From: Petromyzon marinus
Taxonomy: Eukaryota
Assembly: GCF_048934315.1 (NCBI RefSeq)
Contig: NC_133715.1
Location: 10,945,698-11,009,697 of the forward strand
Direction of reading: 5' to 3'
Length of the DNA: 64,000 nt
Numbering within the stretch: the first letter of the stretch is position 1; each line of letters opens with the position of its first letter. The notes beneath the pieces are model-generated. The model was given only the letters and a program-made list of their open reading frames with translations. It searched no databases and was not told the DNA's origin. A program made the translations under genes and the position numbers. This document shows, one piece after another, positions 12,880 through 25,764 of the stretch.

Positions 12880-13160
12880 TAAACCATCACGTGAACTCCA
12901 ATCATCCTCGCAGCGGCTTTTGGCTTGTCATCGAACAAAAAGAGTCGCTGCATCACACGCTTTCAGATGCACTTCTGCAGCTGTCTGGAACGATATTCCG
13001 ATATTAGGAAGCCACTGGAGCTATGCACTTTTAAAACTAATTTCTTTAGAACTGCTTTTTGTGCTTAGTTTTTTTGTCCTTCCCCCACACCTCCAATTAG
13101 CACGGTTGGCCACGTACGGTGCGAAAGAAGTTCAACACACAGTACATACATGAATGCGTG
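12880..13160 (+). repeat. Interspersed repeat family D (3' end ...TCCTTCCCCCGCACCTCCGATTAGCACGGTTGGC.ACGTA.GGTG.GAAAGAAGTTCAACA)
   Basis: Second long copy at 25445-25700. Short 3'-end copies at ~26560-26650 and ~34745-34830, and inverted at ~26700-26790. Confidence 0.5.
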
Positions 13161-13232
13161 TGTGTATGTGGAAGGACAGGAGCGGGTTAGCGAGCCGAGC
13201 GCTTTGTAAAGTGACGGCAGCGTGGCACTCAC

Positions 13233-13365
13233 GTGCTGACGTCTCGTCGGAGCAGCAACAGCACAAACTCATTCAGGCTCGAGGCCAGCCCCATGCGCAG
13301 GCGCAGGATCTGCAGCACGAGCAGCGTCCACACCAGCCGGACGATGGCTTCCTCCATGCGTAGCC
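13233..13365 (-). CDS. PARP4: PARP4 exon 32; (G)LRMEEAIVRLVWTLLVLQILRLRMGLASSLNEFVLLLLRRDVS
   Basis: Acceptor aaacatcccag|GGCTAC. Donor CAGCAC|gtgagtgcc. Resembles human ECLLDLIATMLVLQFIRTRLEKEGIVFKSL. Confidence 0.7.
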
Positions 13366-14241
13366 CTGGGATGTTTGCGTTCGGTGAAAGCACACAGCGG
13401 GGGGGGGGGGGGAAATCAGACTTGCGTAGGTGTTCACGGTTTTGCAGTGTGGATTATCCGACGTTGCACTGCGTGTTGTTCAGCATCACCCTGAAGAAGG
13501 TATGCGGAGCAGAACGTCGGTCACCAAGCCCAACAACACATCGGCAAGCTGCACAGCATATACGCGGAATACTTATTTTTTCTCTTTCGATCGTTTGAAA
13601 CAAATCTATCCTGCGATGTTTAATTTTCAGAGTGTAATAAAAATTTTACTCATGGGAGAGCATTGGCTCATTATTTCTAAGTATCATTTAGGGACTCATT
13701 ATTTCCAAGAATCACAGTATACCTCAACAAGTGAGGTTTTTACTCAATTTCACCACAATATATATTTAGAGAAAATGCACTGGGATATTTCTGCAGTTCT
13801 GCTTAAGATTCATGCTTTACAATAATGACATAAATGCCAGTAATATTTCACACACTAATTAAAAAATAATGCTAAATTCAAAGTGCCGCGATTAGTTACC
13901 ATTAGTTCTTGTGCTCACGATACACAAATATAATTTTGCACTGAAGAATGCTCTGTTTAAGGTCCTTGTGAATCATAAGCATTTTTTTTTAATTTAAGAC
14001 TCATGCAACTAACTGCACACACGTGACAAAATCCTTGAAAAAATGCAAAACAATAAAAATGACTTGTAAAATAATCATCAGATCACATCGGTGGTTGAAT
14101 CTTTACATGGACACTCAGATTATAAATAGTAGTGGGACCATCTTATAAATAAGGCACAAATTAAAATCGACTGCTAGGAAGCAATTACTGTTAAGAATCA
14201 TATGCATTGTCTTAAATTCGAACAAGTTAAAGCCATTGCAC

Positions 14242-14341
14242 CTAGGGACTGTATGCCCTGCTTCTTCAGAATGACGGTGATGTGATCTGGGCTCCAGCCA
14301 ACGAGGGAGGACAGCTCCACGCCACCATCCCAGGACCCATC
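14242..14341 (-). CDS. PARP4: PARP4 exon 31; DGSWDGGVELSSLVGWSPDHITVILKKQGIQSL
   Basis: Acceptor tttgcaatcag|GATGGG. Donor CCCTAG|gtgcaa. Resembles human DGFWKLTPELGLILNLNTNGLHSFLKQKGIQSL. Confidence 0.8.
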
Positions 14342-15734
14342 CTGATTGCAAAAAAAAAAACATTTACTCAAAGAAACATTGTGGAAATGTAACTATCGTT
14401 CTCAAATAGTCACCATTTGCCAAGGGGCTTCAAGGAATATTTCAACCGAAAATAAAACGCTCTTGCAGATGCAGAACTAGGCCTTCCATCCTTTGTTTTA
14501 ATCAGAATCTGAATATTTGTACTGCAGGAGGCATCCGATGAGCTATAATGCTATTTTTCACATGTCCAGTAGGGCCAGAATGGTAGAACAATACAAAAGC
14601 AGGATAGAAGTGTAAGGTACAGGAAAGGTTCGTGGTTCCAGCCTGGTCACCAAAGATTGTACAAAAAACATAATTAAATTTGGCTTTGCACTGAATTTGG
14701 ATAAATTCCATCTATTGAGATTTCAATTGATCAGGGTGACAGCCATTAGACAATTTTATTGCAGTATGTGGGAAAAGTGTGACCCCTACTGTGCAAGTTT
14801 CACAAAAGACAGTTGTATCTGAAAATAATATAAATTTGTTTTTGGGTTGTATCTCCTTTGAGGCATTCCAGTACATTATAGAAATTTTTATTTTCCTTAA
14901 TTTCCACCTAACAACAATGGCACTCCATCCTTTTGTTGTGTGCCTCTTTATTCTATTGTTTTGTTCCTGATCTGCCTTCAATAATTTCCCCTAGTGATAC
15001 ATATTCTGTGTTTTTCAGTTCCATCTCACCAACTAGAGTTTTTCTCTTATTTTATGCAGACTTGCTGTGCATGGCTTTCATATCGCTCATATTGACCCAA
15101 TGTGCATTAACAACGTTTTTTTTTTAATCAATGCACATTACGCCTCATGACATACGGATCCGAAACATGACGATTGATAAAGCAAATGAAACAAAAGCTG
15201 AAAAGTGCGCAACGAAGAGTGGAGAGATGACGGAGAGAAAACGTGGATGAGCGATCAAACGTAAAAACTGAGACATCGATTCTGAAGGAGATTAAGTGGA
15301 CTTGGGCAGGACACATCGTGGCAAGAATGGATGACGACTGAAGGAAGAGGCTCGTGACCGAACGGCCGCCAAAAGGAGAAAAGACGCCTGAGAGTGACGA
15401 GCAGTGCACACCGGTGGGAGAGAGGACAGAGGTCAAAGTGCAGAAGCGAAATTGATTGTGCTACCACAGCACCGTTAGTGATGGTGATGGCATGGTAACC
15501 TTCATCCAGCAGTGGATATACAATGGAAGATGACAAAACACAAACATAAACGTACATACTGGCTTAGCAGTGTTCTATGCAATTCAACAAGATTTAACGA
15601 AAAGCAAGTGTATATTACTTCATAATACTTGTATTTACACTGCAGATGATAAAGGAATGTGATTAGCCAGTGCTAATACTGTATCGTCCATTTATAAACG
15701 GCATGCATGTATATTACCATACTGTTAATATCAC

Positions 15735-17078
15735 CTTGTTTTGAAGACACGTGATCTTGCTCAAGTCAGCGTGTTGCCAAGGGGTCGTATCGGAGAACTC
15801 GGATGACCCACTGCTGCCACACAGGGAAACTCCAGGTGATGTGTGGAACATTAGACAACTTTCAAAAGGCATCCCATAATCATCCTCGCTGCTGAAACTC
15901 TCCGATAAATTGGACGAGCCTCCAAACGGAGACTCTTCACAAAGTCGGCTGGCTGCTTGACAAGTTGAAGACTGAAAGTCATCGTGCATTGGTTGTCCAA
16001 AACGCGAGGCATGCTGCGCTGGAGGTGGAGGCGGGAGACGTGGAGGTTCTGGAAAGTCAGTTGGTGGTGAATCCCTGTTAGGTAGTTGCAATGCGCACAC
16101 GTCTCGTTTTGCACATTCAGGCACTCTGCTCATTAAACCAGCAGCTCTAAGCTCGTGGACGTCGGGCATTGGTGCCGCACTTGATGGGCTACGGGCCGTA
16201 AAACATAATAGTGGAGGTGGAGGTTTTTTAACGCGAGCCAAGCATTTTTGAGGTTTAAAGGGATAGGCACTATTAGTGAAACGGTCCGATTGTCTCCTTG
16301 CCTGTCCCCGCTCAAAGGTGTCTTGATAAGGTGGAGTGAACCTGCTCGGCGTTTCCATCGCAATGACGCCCAGAGAAACACCTGGAGGCTGCACGTTATC
16401 GAAGATGGTTAATGGGGCGAATGCTTGAGCTCTGATAAGAGGCACTGGTGTTTCAGCGGAATTCAGTTGGTGAACGACAGATCGAGGTGCGTAAGCTGAG
16501 CTGCCGAATCCTTGTTGAGATCGCCGACATTCAAATGCTTCTTTTAAGATCACTGGTGCGGCTCGGTGTAAAAGATGGCGTTCACCAAATCTACTGCTAG
16601 CAGACATCGTGGTTATGCGTGAAGCTGACACACCATGGTCCTTAACATCTCGTCTGGAGAGATTTAATGGACCTTCATTGGAACACGGTACCGCTTCTAC
16701 ACTTGCATGAGCAAATTTTGGCTGGATTTCAGAAGGATACTGAGAGGCCGTGTCTGCTGCAGCCTCTATTTCAAACGGAGACAAATTTGCACGTTCAGCT
16801 GCACTGCCGAATTCAATTTCGGGAGTTTGTTCAGTTTTTTCAGGTATCAAACTAAAACATGCTGGACGTGTTTTCCTATATTTTATTTTCGAGGAGGCCA
16901 AGCCTCCTCTTCCACCGACCGGTGCTTTTGTTTTTTCTGCCCGCAGGTGGAACTGCATTGAACCCTTCTTCTTCCTCGCCTTCTCCTCCTCCACCCAGCC
17001 CACGTAGGGCAGGAAGTCCACAGACTCCTTGGAGAGCAGCTCGTCCAGTGCAGGGCCTGTCGCTTCATCGGCCAGTGT
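15735..17078 (-). CDS. PARP4: PARP4 exon 30 (large divergent Ser/Pro-rich exon); TLADEATGPALDELLSKESVDFLPYVGWVEEE...SDTTPWQHADLSKITCLQNK
   Basis: Acceptor tgtgacccacag|ACACTG. Donor AACAAG|gtgata lies just before the in-frame stop of the 473-aa ORF 15714..17135. Its start resembles human IAKEDVDFLPYMSWQGE. Human PARP4 has a comparable ~1.5-kb exon. Confidence 0.65.
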
Positions 17079-18059
17079 CTGTGGGTCACAGAGAGACCAC
17101 AGCCTCACACTCAGGTGGACCACTTGCACACACACGCGCGCACGCCCTCATATCATCAAAATTATCAGCCAGTCTTTCCACTGCTGGGTGAAGGCCTTTC
17201 CAAGTCAACACCATCTATCGCAATGTAATGATTCACCTAGCATCTGCATACAAGCAGATTTCATTGCTACACTGTCTCAACAGACATCATCTCAAGAGCA
17301 TCCCGGGTGCATCATAATTACCGCAATGCACAAGAATTGAATCCAGAGACCGCTGTTTTCATTCAATCTCTCGGCGCGGCCTTTGGAGGAATGGGGAACT
17401 TTTTTTAAATCCCCCTGCCTCTGTCCACCCAGCAGTGTAAATGGGTGCGCCACAGTTAGTCGATGGGTAGTAGGTCAAAATAATATTTACCGGAGCTCTA
17501 TGGAGCTCCCTCTAGCCAAGGCCCTTCCACCAGCAGTGGCGTGAGCAAGAAGTTGCTGGGCTGTGCCTCTTACCTCGTAAAGCACAGACTGCCGTGTGTG
17601 AACTCTACAGTTTTGCCACAAGCATCCACATTCTCAGCCACCCCGTGTCTTGAAATAATCTCTGGGACGTCCAAAGGTGGCACAGCATGCCATCCAACCA
17701 CCATGGTGAAACCTATGGACAGTGCCACTAGATGCTCAAAAGCTGATAATTGTATTAACCTTTTGGTTAATTTTCTCTGCTTGTACGTATAAAGAGCTCA
17801 ATCATGAAGTGTCAGTGGCATAACAACTTTGTACATTTGGTACTTGCGTCATTCTTATAAGCACAAGGCCATCACAAAGGCACTGTTGCAGGGGGAAAGT
17901 CTGCCAATAGGGATAAAATAATGATATTATACACATACGGTGCGATTCGACTTGCATGCTGTTTTTCAGGAACACAAATCGCGTGCTGTGCGATGGACGC
18001 CTGTATATATGCCGCCTTCAAACATAGCCACACGCCCAAACCGTGGACTGTAGACTTAC

Positions 18060-18161
18060 AGAGTCTCTTTCCTCCACCGCCACGAAGCTGGTGTACGGCG
18101 TTATAATCGAATACTCCTTGCTCAACTCGATGATTCGACTCTTCATTTCTGCTATTATGAC
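18060..18161 (-). CDS. PARP4: PARP4 exon 29; VIIAEMKSRIIELSKEYSIITPYTSFVAVEERDS
   Basis: Acceptor ttttttcttctccacag|GTCATA. Donor GACTCT|gtaagt. Resembles human LKSLIIKLSKENSLITQFTSFVAVEKRDE. Confidence 0.85.
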
Positions 18162-18948
18162 CTGTGGAGAAGAAAAAATATATATCTTCACGTCTGCGTA
18201 TAGTTTGGCAGACTTTTCGCTACGCGCGCTCGGTAGCTTCTTCAGTCACGCCTCATGGTGAATATCTGAAACCCTCCCGGCGAAATATCGCAATGGGCAG
18301 TGGCGTTACGATGTGGTCTATGGTTTTGGAGATTGCCGACTGATGTTTGGATAAGGACGTAGATTTATTGAGCCAGTGGACGAACTCACGAAGAGCGCTT
18401 GTCTCATCAGTCTGCAGGAGGATAAAGAGAAAATAATTTGTCTTCGTAACACTACAACGAGCACCAACCTTCCCTACTACAGAGAGAAATGTCCATTACA
18501 TGAGAGCAAAACCGATATTTTTTTATTCTGAGAACTGGAATTTATCTAAATTACAGACCCAGGGATTCTGCCATGGTGTAATGGATAACACACTGCATGT
18601 ACAATCCAGCATGGCAGGTGACACGATGGTGCAGTTTTCATAAATCCCCCTGCCTCTGTCCACTCAGCACCATGACTGGGTGCACCGCAATTAGTTGACT
18701 GCCAGGCTGCACCCTTTTCCTACGTGAAATTCAAATACATTTATCTTTGCTTCGAGCACCACCGATTCATGCAACCGCTCATCGTGGCAAACACTAGGCT
18801 CAGAGCGTCCGACGCGGCACCCCACGTCAACACCCGGTAACGACACCGCAGCTACTCCTCCAGCCGGGCGGCAACGCCGGTGGCAGGTTACGCTTTTGGA
18901 CACCGCTCATAGCCGAAGGCGCGAGCCTCGGATAAAAAAAAAAAAAAC

Positions 18949-19029
18949 CTCGTGCTGCGTCTCGTCCGGATGCAGGTTCCCGTCCTCGTAGTCTTGGATG
19001 ATGGCGTGAGCCGTCAGCCTGTGCAGCAT
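18949..19029 (-). CDS. PARP4: PARP4 exon 28; MLHRLTAHAIIQDYEDGNLHPDETQHE
   Basis: Acceptor cgtgacag|ATGCTG. Donor CACGAG|gttttttttttttt. Resembles human MIHKLAARALIRDYEDGILHENETSHE. Confidence 0.8.
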
Positions 19030-19120
19030 CTGTCACGAGATCGTTCGGCAAGTGTGAGCACAGGAACAATGCACTTTGTTGTATGATGTGCACGTGTGTG
19101 TGCTCATGTGTGTCCTTGCA

Positions 19121-19365
19121 GTATAGCGCTACGAAACCGGTGACGCGAATTCGATTCTCACTCGCGACTAACGCCAGTGACGATTATCTGACCTGCTCCT
19201 GGGTCTCCCCTAAGTTGACTCATACGAGAACCTGGTGCGCTGTTTAAATATCGCCACTGGGGAGACAAACGCGGTCGGGTGTGGTGCTGGCCACTCTCCA
19301 CCTTGTATGCCGTGCCAGTCTTCACTGGTGTTCGCTGATAGCACATACGGAGGATCTTTGTCTTG
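19121..19365 (+). mobile_element. SINE family A copy (tRNA-related head with GGATTCGATTCC B-box-like, conserved tail ...GGCTATACGGGGGATCTTTGTCT)
   Basis: Shares ~85% identity with copies at 36211-36838 and, inverted, 47912-48145. Confidence 0.6.
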
Positions 19366-19630
19366 TCCTTGAAATACCGGGCTAATTAAATGGTGGAATG
19401 GCCATATTCGTTTTCTTCACAAATTGCTGTTATTTTCATCAAGACCAAATGTATCCCCGGTTACAGCTTGTAATGTTATTTTTGAGCGCTTATCAATTCA
19501 CATTACATTACACATTTTTAATGGTCTTCCCCCAAAAGGCCGCATTACGTGCAGAACAGGGCACATCCATCCATCCATTCACCCGATTTCAAGGACATCT
19601 TACCCAAGTACCTCACAATAAGCAACATAC

Positions 19631-19765
19631 ATCGTAGAAGTGTGCTTGCGTGTATGCAAGTGTGGGCACCACGAAAGAACATGCCTTTCCACGCGTGATC
19701 TGCAAATTGCTGGTCGACACCATCGTAGAGAACTCTTGGTTGTTGATAATGGCATGGAGCGTTGC
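19631..19765 (-). CDS. PARP4: PARP4 exon 27; ATLHAIINNQEFSTMVSTSNLQITRGKACSFVVPTLAYTQAHFYD
   Basis: Acceptor gttttgcag|GCAACG. Donor TACGAT|gtatgt. Resembles human ATLCALIQEKEFCTMVSTTELQKTTGTMIHK. Confidence 0.7.
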
Positions 19766-20123
19766 CTGCAAAACGACACCGATCTCTGTGTGAACATCAT
19801 AATTTACAATTAAAATCACAGTTTACAGAACTTTGTCAATGCACTTTGTAGATTAAGGCCCTCCACAATGACTCGACAAGGCTTCACCACGTTGCTCCAT
19901 GCACGTTAGGGTGAAGGGGGCGGGGGTCCAGGATCGGTTCGGACTTCACTCATCACCCATGTCAGCTTTAACCAAGCAAACTCACCCAGACTATCTCATC
20001 TCAACATGAACCACCGACCCCTTGCCATGATGAGCCAGGACCCATGTTCGTCGCCAACAGGTGGCTAGGCTTTTGGCGACGGTGCCGCTGGACCGCGCGG
20101 CGGTGTGTGCAAGGCGCCATCAC

Positions 20124-20306
20124 CTGCGTGCAGTGCGGCACGATTCCGTACACGACGAGCCGCGTGCCGCAAAACACGGAGCGGATCATCCTGGGAGCCT
20201 GCATCTCCACGCGATCGCCGCCGAGGGCGCCGCGGTCGAAGCGCTGCCACTCGACGGTGACGTCGCGGCACACCGGCTGCGTCGCCTTCTCCATCAGCGC
20301 CAGCAT
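20124..20306 (-). CDS. PARP4: PARP4 exon 26; MLALMEKATQPVCRDVTVEWQRFDRGALGGDRVEMQAPRMIRSVFCGTRLVVYGIVPHCTQ
   Basis: Acceptor gtgcccctag|ATGCTG. Donor ACGCAG|gtgatg. Resembles human ...SVSVKWQQ...PSLFRNDRLLVYGFIPHCTQ. Confidence 0.8.
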
Positions 20307-20334
20307 CTAGGGGCACACGGATTCAAGCGGGACT

Positions 20335-22215
20335 CGCAATCGTGACTCTCGAACGGGACTCGCGAATGGGACTCGCGAACGGGACTCCCAATCGTGACTC
20401 TCGAACGGGACTCGTGAATGGGACTCCCAATTGTGACTCTCAAACGGGACTCGCAAACGGGACTCACAAACGAGATTCACAAATGAGATTCACAAACGGG
20501 ACTCACAAACGAGACTCACAAACGGGATTCACAAACGGGATTCACAAACGGGACTCACAAACGAGACTCACAAACGAGATTCACAAACGAGATTCACAAA
20601 CGAGACTCACAAACGGGACTCACAAACGGGACTCACAAACGAGATTCACAAACGAGATTCACAAACGGGACTCACAAACGAGACTCACAAACGGGACTCA
20701 CAAACGGGATTCACAAACGAGACTCACAAACGGGATTCACAAACGGGATTCACAAACGGGACTCACAAACGAGACTCACAAACGAGATTCACAAACGGGA
20801 CTCACAAACGAGACTCACAAACGAGATTCACAAACGAGATTCACAAACGAGACTCACAAACGGGACTCACAAACGGGATTCACAAACGAGATTCACAAAC
20901 GAGACTCACAAACGAGACTCACAAACGAGACTCACAAACGAGATTCACAAACGAGACTCACAAACGAGATTCACAAACGAGATTCACAAACGAGACTCAC
21001 AAACGGGACTCACAAACGAGATTCACAAACGAGATTCACAAACGAGACTCACAAACGAGATTCACAAACGAGACTCACAAACGGGATTCACAAACGAGAT
21101 TCACAAACGAGACTCACAAACGGGACTCACAAACGAGACTCACAAACGAGATTCACAAACGAGACTCACAAACGAGACTCACAAACGAGATTCACAAACG
21201 GGACTCACAAACGAGACTCACAAACGAGATTCACAAACGAGATTCACAAACGAGACTCACAAACGAGATTCACAAACGAGACTCACAAACGAGATTCACA
21301 AACGAGATTCACAAACGAGACTCACAAACGGGACTCACAAACGAGACTCACAAACGGGATTCACAAACGGGATTCACAAACGAGATTCACAAACGAGACT
21401 CACAAACGGGACTCACAAACGAGACTCACAAACGAGACTCACAAACGGGACTCACAAACGAGATTCACAAACGGGACTCACAAACGAGACTCACAAACGA
21501 GATTCACAAACGAGACTCACAAACGAGATTCACAAACGAGACTCACAAACGAGATTCACAAACGAGACTCACAAACGAGATTCACAAACGAGACTCACAA
21601 ACGGGACTCACAAACGAGACTCACAAACGAGACTCACAAACGAGATTCACAAACGAGATTCACAAACGGGACTCACAAACGGGACTCACAAACGGGACTC
21701 ACAAACGAGACTCACAAACGAGACTCACAAACGGGACTCACAAACGGGACTCACAAACGGGACTCACAAACGAGACTCACAAACGAGACTCACAAACGAG
21801 ACTCACAAACGAGACTCACAAACGAGACTCACAAACGAGACTCACAAACGAGACTCACAAACGAGACTCACAAATGGGACTCACAAACGGGACTCACAAA
21901 CGAGATTCACAAACGAGATTCACAAACGAGACTCACAAACGAGACTCACAAACGAGACTCACAAACGAGATTCACAAACGAGACTCACAAACGAGACTCG
22001 CAAACGGGATTCACAAACGAGATTCACAAACGGGACTCACAAACGAGACTCACAAACGAGATTCACAAACGGGACTCACAAACGGGACTCACAAACGAGA
22101 CTCACAAACGGGACTCACAAACGGGATTCACAAACGAGACTCACAAACGAGACTCACAAACGAGACTCACAAACGAGACTCACAAACGGGACTCACAAAC
22201 GAGATTCACAAACGA
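20335..22215. repeat. 13-bp satellite (GRGAYTCACAAAC)n, ~145 copies, 1.9 kb, in PARP4 intron 25
   Basis: Highly regular period. Degenerate variants (gactcgcgaacgg) lie at the 5' edge. It generates an artefactual 656-aa ORF with 39-bp periodicity. Confidence 0.9.
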
Positions 22216-22687
22216 GACTCACAAACGAGACTCATGGAAATTGGCACTGGTGGCAGCTCCCCACTCACCCCCTACCCCCACATTTGGAATCAACGTCACA
22301 CGTTTAGAGTAAATGGCTGCTATAAATTTCCACAAGATGATATGCCACTTTATTGAGTTATCATTCATGATAGCCAGGTTGCTTCTGAGAAAGAGCTACA
22401 TTGCACAGTGGGCCCAACCTAGTAAAATAAATAATAAGTGAAAAACGTCTTTAAAGTAGTGGGAGATTATCCACACTACAAGTGCTGGTGGTGGTTCCCA
22501 TTTATCCTGCTGGGCAGATGGGCAGGGGGATTTAAAAAAAAAAAAAAACTTGCACCATTTTCTGAAACTGGCGTGCTGGGGACAGCATTACTACCACACA
22601 AACATAATACCAAGATCATTTTAATTGCATTGGTGAAATTCCCTAAAATTGTTAGGTGTGATGTTGCATGTTACGAGGGATTTTCAC

Positions 22688-22787
22688 CTTGTCTGTCCAC
22701 GTTGATCTGTTTTTAGCGGTGAAGAATTCACAAGCGCCTCCGCTGTTTCGTGCCAAAGCATTCAGGAAATATCTGTTTGGCGTTTCA
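22688..22787 (-). CDS. PARP4: PARP4 exon 25; (G)ETPNRYFLNALARNSGGACEFFTAKNRSTWTDK
   Basis: Acceptor ttctgttcgatcag|TGAAAC. Donor GACAAG|gtgaaaa. Resembles human STANRHVLRILSQCGAGVFEYFNAKSKHSWRKQ. Confidence 0.75.
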
Positions 22788-23660
22788 CTGATCGAACAGA
22801 AACACACAGCACACACTAGTCATGATCTGTTACAAACCAGGGCTTAATTTCTCACGTGATAGTTTTGGGGACACTGCTAGGCCGGGATGGCTTGGGACTA
22901 GGAATGATTGGTGTAAGGCACTAGAGTACAAGGTGGACCTATCAATACAAATCGTATATTATTGTACGGTAGATTCCTATAATCCTATGGACAAGTTTCT
23001 AATAAATGTGATTGATCTTGAAAACAAAAAAAGGTGAGATGGAGGTGGTGCCAATATAATTTCCGGAATAGCTTTAAGTACGGCTCAGGATTAAAATAAC
23101 ATCATGGTATCTCTGACATCCACTGTGAAGCAGACGGCATGCGTATTAACCCAAGATGGCCACTGGGCAAACGCTAGACTGCTCGGCCACGTCACCGCTT
23201 TAATCACAGGGGGGGTGAATCCCAGATTTAAAACTAGGACCTTAGCCATGGTGGCTCAGCCGCTTTGACCCATGTGCCACCTGGCCATTTCCAATTTATC
23301 ATCATCACGAACCATGGGCAGATCGCCCACAGGCGGTCCACTGCAAATTTGCTAATTTGTTTCCAATTTCCTCTGTCTTGTGCTAATATGCTTAAGTAGT
23401 GTCACATCTTTCTGGCACCAATCCCTTATGTCGTCATCAAGCCAGTTTCTTCTAGGTCTTCCTCTCATTTTTCCCAACATACTTTTAATTTTCCTGTTGT
23501 CCATCCTACATACGTGTCCAAACAGTGCCAGATTCCTTCTCTTTTCCCGATGACGTGGCTTCTAAAGTGTCTTTTCCGTCCACTTGGCGCCGCGTCGCCC
23601 CATCACACGCTCGCAGCGTTGGCTGACGCGAGGTCACTCCTGCAGAAAGGGGGTGCTCAC

Positions 23661-23872
23661 CCGACCCCGCAGGCGAGGACCCGCAAGAGCCGCACGTTCT
23701 CCCGTGCCTCCCGCGTGGCGCGCGCCTCCGACTGGGCCACGCCGTCCGTGAGCAGCAGCACGGACACCGGCGGAGCCGCCGCGTCCCGGCTCCCGCCCAC
23801 GCCCCCGGCCAGCAGCGCCACGCTGCGCAGAGGGCGCCACAGCTCCGTGTTGCCCGCGTCGGCGTGCAAGCG
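23661..23872 (-). CDS. PARP4: PARP4 exon 24 (VWA); RLHADAGNTELWRPLRSVALLAGGVGGSRDAAAPPVSVLLLTDGVAQSEARATREARENVRLLRVLACGV
   Basis: Acceptor ccccctccggcag|CGCTTG. Donor GGGTCGG|gtgagc. The LLLTDG and ACGVG motifs resemble human NILLVSDGHLQDE...RLFACGIG. Confidence 0.8.
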
Positions 23873-24626
23873 CTGCCGGAGGGGGCGGTGGGGGGGGGGG
23901 GGTCGGGGAGGAAGAAAGGGCGAGGGGTTGGTGTGCGTAGAGCCGTGGAGGTCTCCGAGTTCAAACGAGCAACGGGATGCCGATCGTCTACACTGGTGGA
24001 CCTGAGCAGAGTTGAACTTTGACACTGTCACGTTGGGGGGTTCGTCTTTACATAGAACGGCCAACAACCACTTCCTGTAAGGTGGTGATTATTTTCTAGG
24101 CTTTGGAGGAATGATGGGCTGAGTGGATGCCCCACACCCAACAAGGATTTTTAATCTTCAGATTCTGATTTTGAGTCAGGTGCTTTACCAACAACACCAC
24201 GACTGTACTGTACAAGTGGATATTGTGGAGAAGTTCCAGCACGCGTTGGGTCGACCTGCCTTACTCGCTCCTGCCGTCTCGTCCTACAGTTCACCTTGCA
24301 GCCTCCAATCGGGTTCAAGATGCCTCCTTGTCAAGGCTGACCCTCGAAACAGACAAAGTGAATATTGCTCCTCTCTCTCGGCCCCCATCATCTGGAATTC
24401 AATCCCTCCTTCACTGCTCATATCTGTGCCCTCCTTCTGCCGCAATCTGAAGACTTCTCTTTCCTTACTTATTATCCTCCCTTGCCTCTGAATGTCCTGC
24501 TTAAGTTCACATTGTGCGTGTTATAAATGTATTAATTAATTAACTATAAATATGCTACAAATATTTTTTAAAGGTTATATTCATATATATTTGTTACTTA
24601 GTTTATTTCACAGCATTAAAACTCAC

Positions 24627-24700
24627 CTTTATAAAGCTAACTGCTGTTGCGATATTGGATGGGCTGGATTCACGGAAAACAGGGAAGAGCTCCTTGTAGT
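24627..24700 (-). CDS. PARP4: PARP4 exon 23 (VWA); (H)YKELFPVFRESSPSNIATAVSFIK
   Basis: Acceptor tttctttacag|ACTACA. Donor ATAAAG|gtgagt. Resembles human GYKELFSYPKHITSNTMAAEFIM. Confidence 0.75.
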
Positions 24701-25764
24701 CTGTAAAGAAACAGTGCACAGTTAAATCGCTGTCCAGGTATAACATTGTCCTGCTTTACCACATGTGACCTGCTTATCGACAAACTGTGATGCACCTATT
24801 TAAACAAGCCAATATAATGACCACATGTTCAATACTACTACAGACATTGTTATCAATACTCTACCTTTCCAACGTAAATCTTGAGACCATTCTTGGTGTT
24901 GAATTAGAATTACCAAAATTAGAATTACCAAAATCCACATTCATACCGAATCTCGAAGCGTACTATGTAATGATAACAAATTACAATTCTGACGGAAGTA
25001 GAAACATTCAGCGTGGGCAGAATCATTCAGTAAAAAACAAAGAGAATCATACAACGAAATAGGAATCATTCTGGGAATAGCCAGTGTGACCTAATTAAGT
25101 CTTAATATTTGTCCTGAAGGTAGCAAACTCGTGGATGTGTAGATATGCAGAGGCAGTGATTTCTAAAGTTTGGCTGGTGTGCAGAGTACAGGCAAATGGA
25201 ACAATCAACTATTGGAATTTATAAATAGAGTAGTAACAATCGGGACTGCCTGGCATGACATTTCTGCACCATGTAGAGACACAGCTAACAAGATGTCAGC
25301 GTTGCTTTGCAAGCTGTTCTGTTTATTTAAACTCGGAGGACTGCGATTATATTTAAGATTGACATTTGTATTGGTCCTCCAAAAACTTCCATTATATGCG
25401 GGACACGGTAAATCCGGCCACTTTATTTGGCGTTAACCTCATACGTTTAATCACGCAAACTCCGGTCATCCTCGCAGTGGCGGCATTTGGCTGACCATCG
25501 TCACTGCATCACGCGCTTTCAGATGCGCTTCTGCGGTCATCTGGAATCCTCTTCCTTATATTAGGAAGCCACTAAAGCCGTGCAAATCTAGATTGAAAAC
25601 GAATTTCTTCAGAAATGCTTTTTGTGTTTAGTTTGTTGTCCTTCCCCCGCACCTCCGATTAGCATGGTTGGCTTCGTAGGTTGGGAAAGAAGTTCAACAT
25701 ACACACAAGGAAGGAGCTGCCCTTTTAACCTCGCCGGGCGCCGCGCACGTGATCGATCGCTTAC

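Noticed and set aside
20342-22312. 656-aa ORF of HKRDSQTRLTNET repeats
   Set aside because: Artefact of the 13-bp satellite (39-bp periodicity). Starts at GTG, with no coding features.
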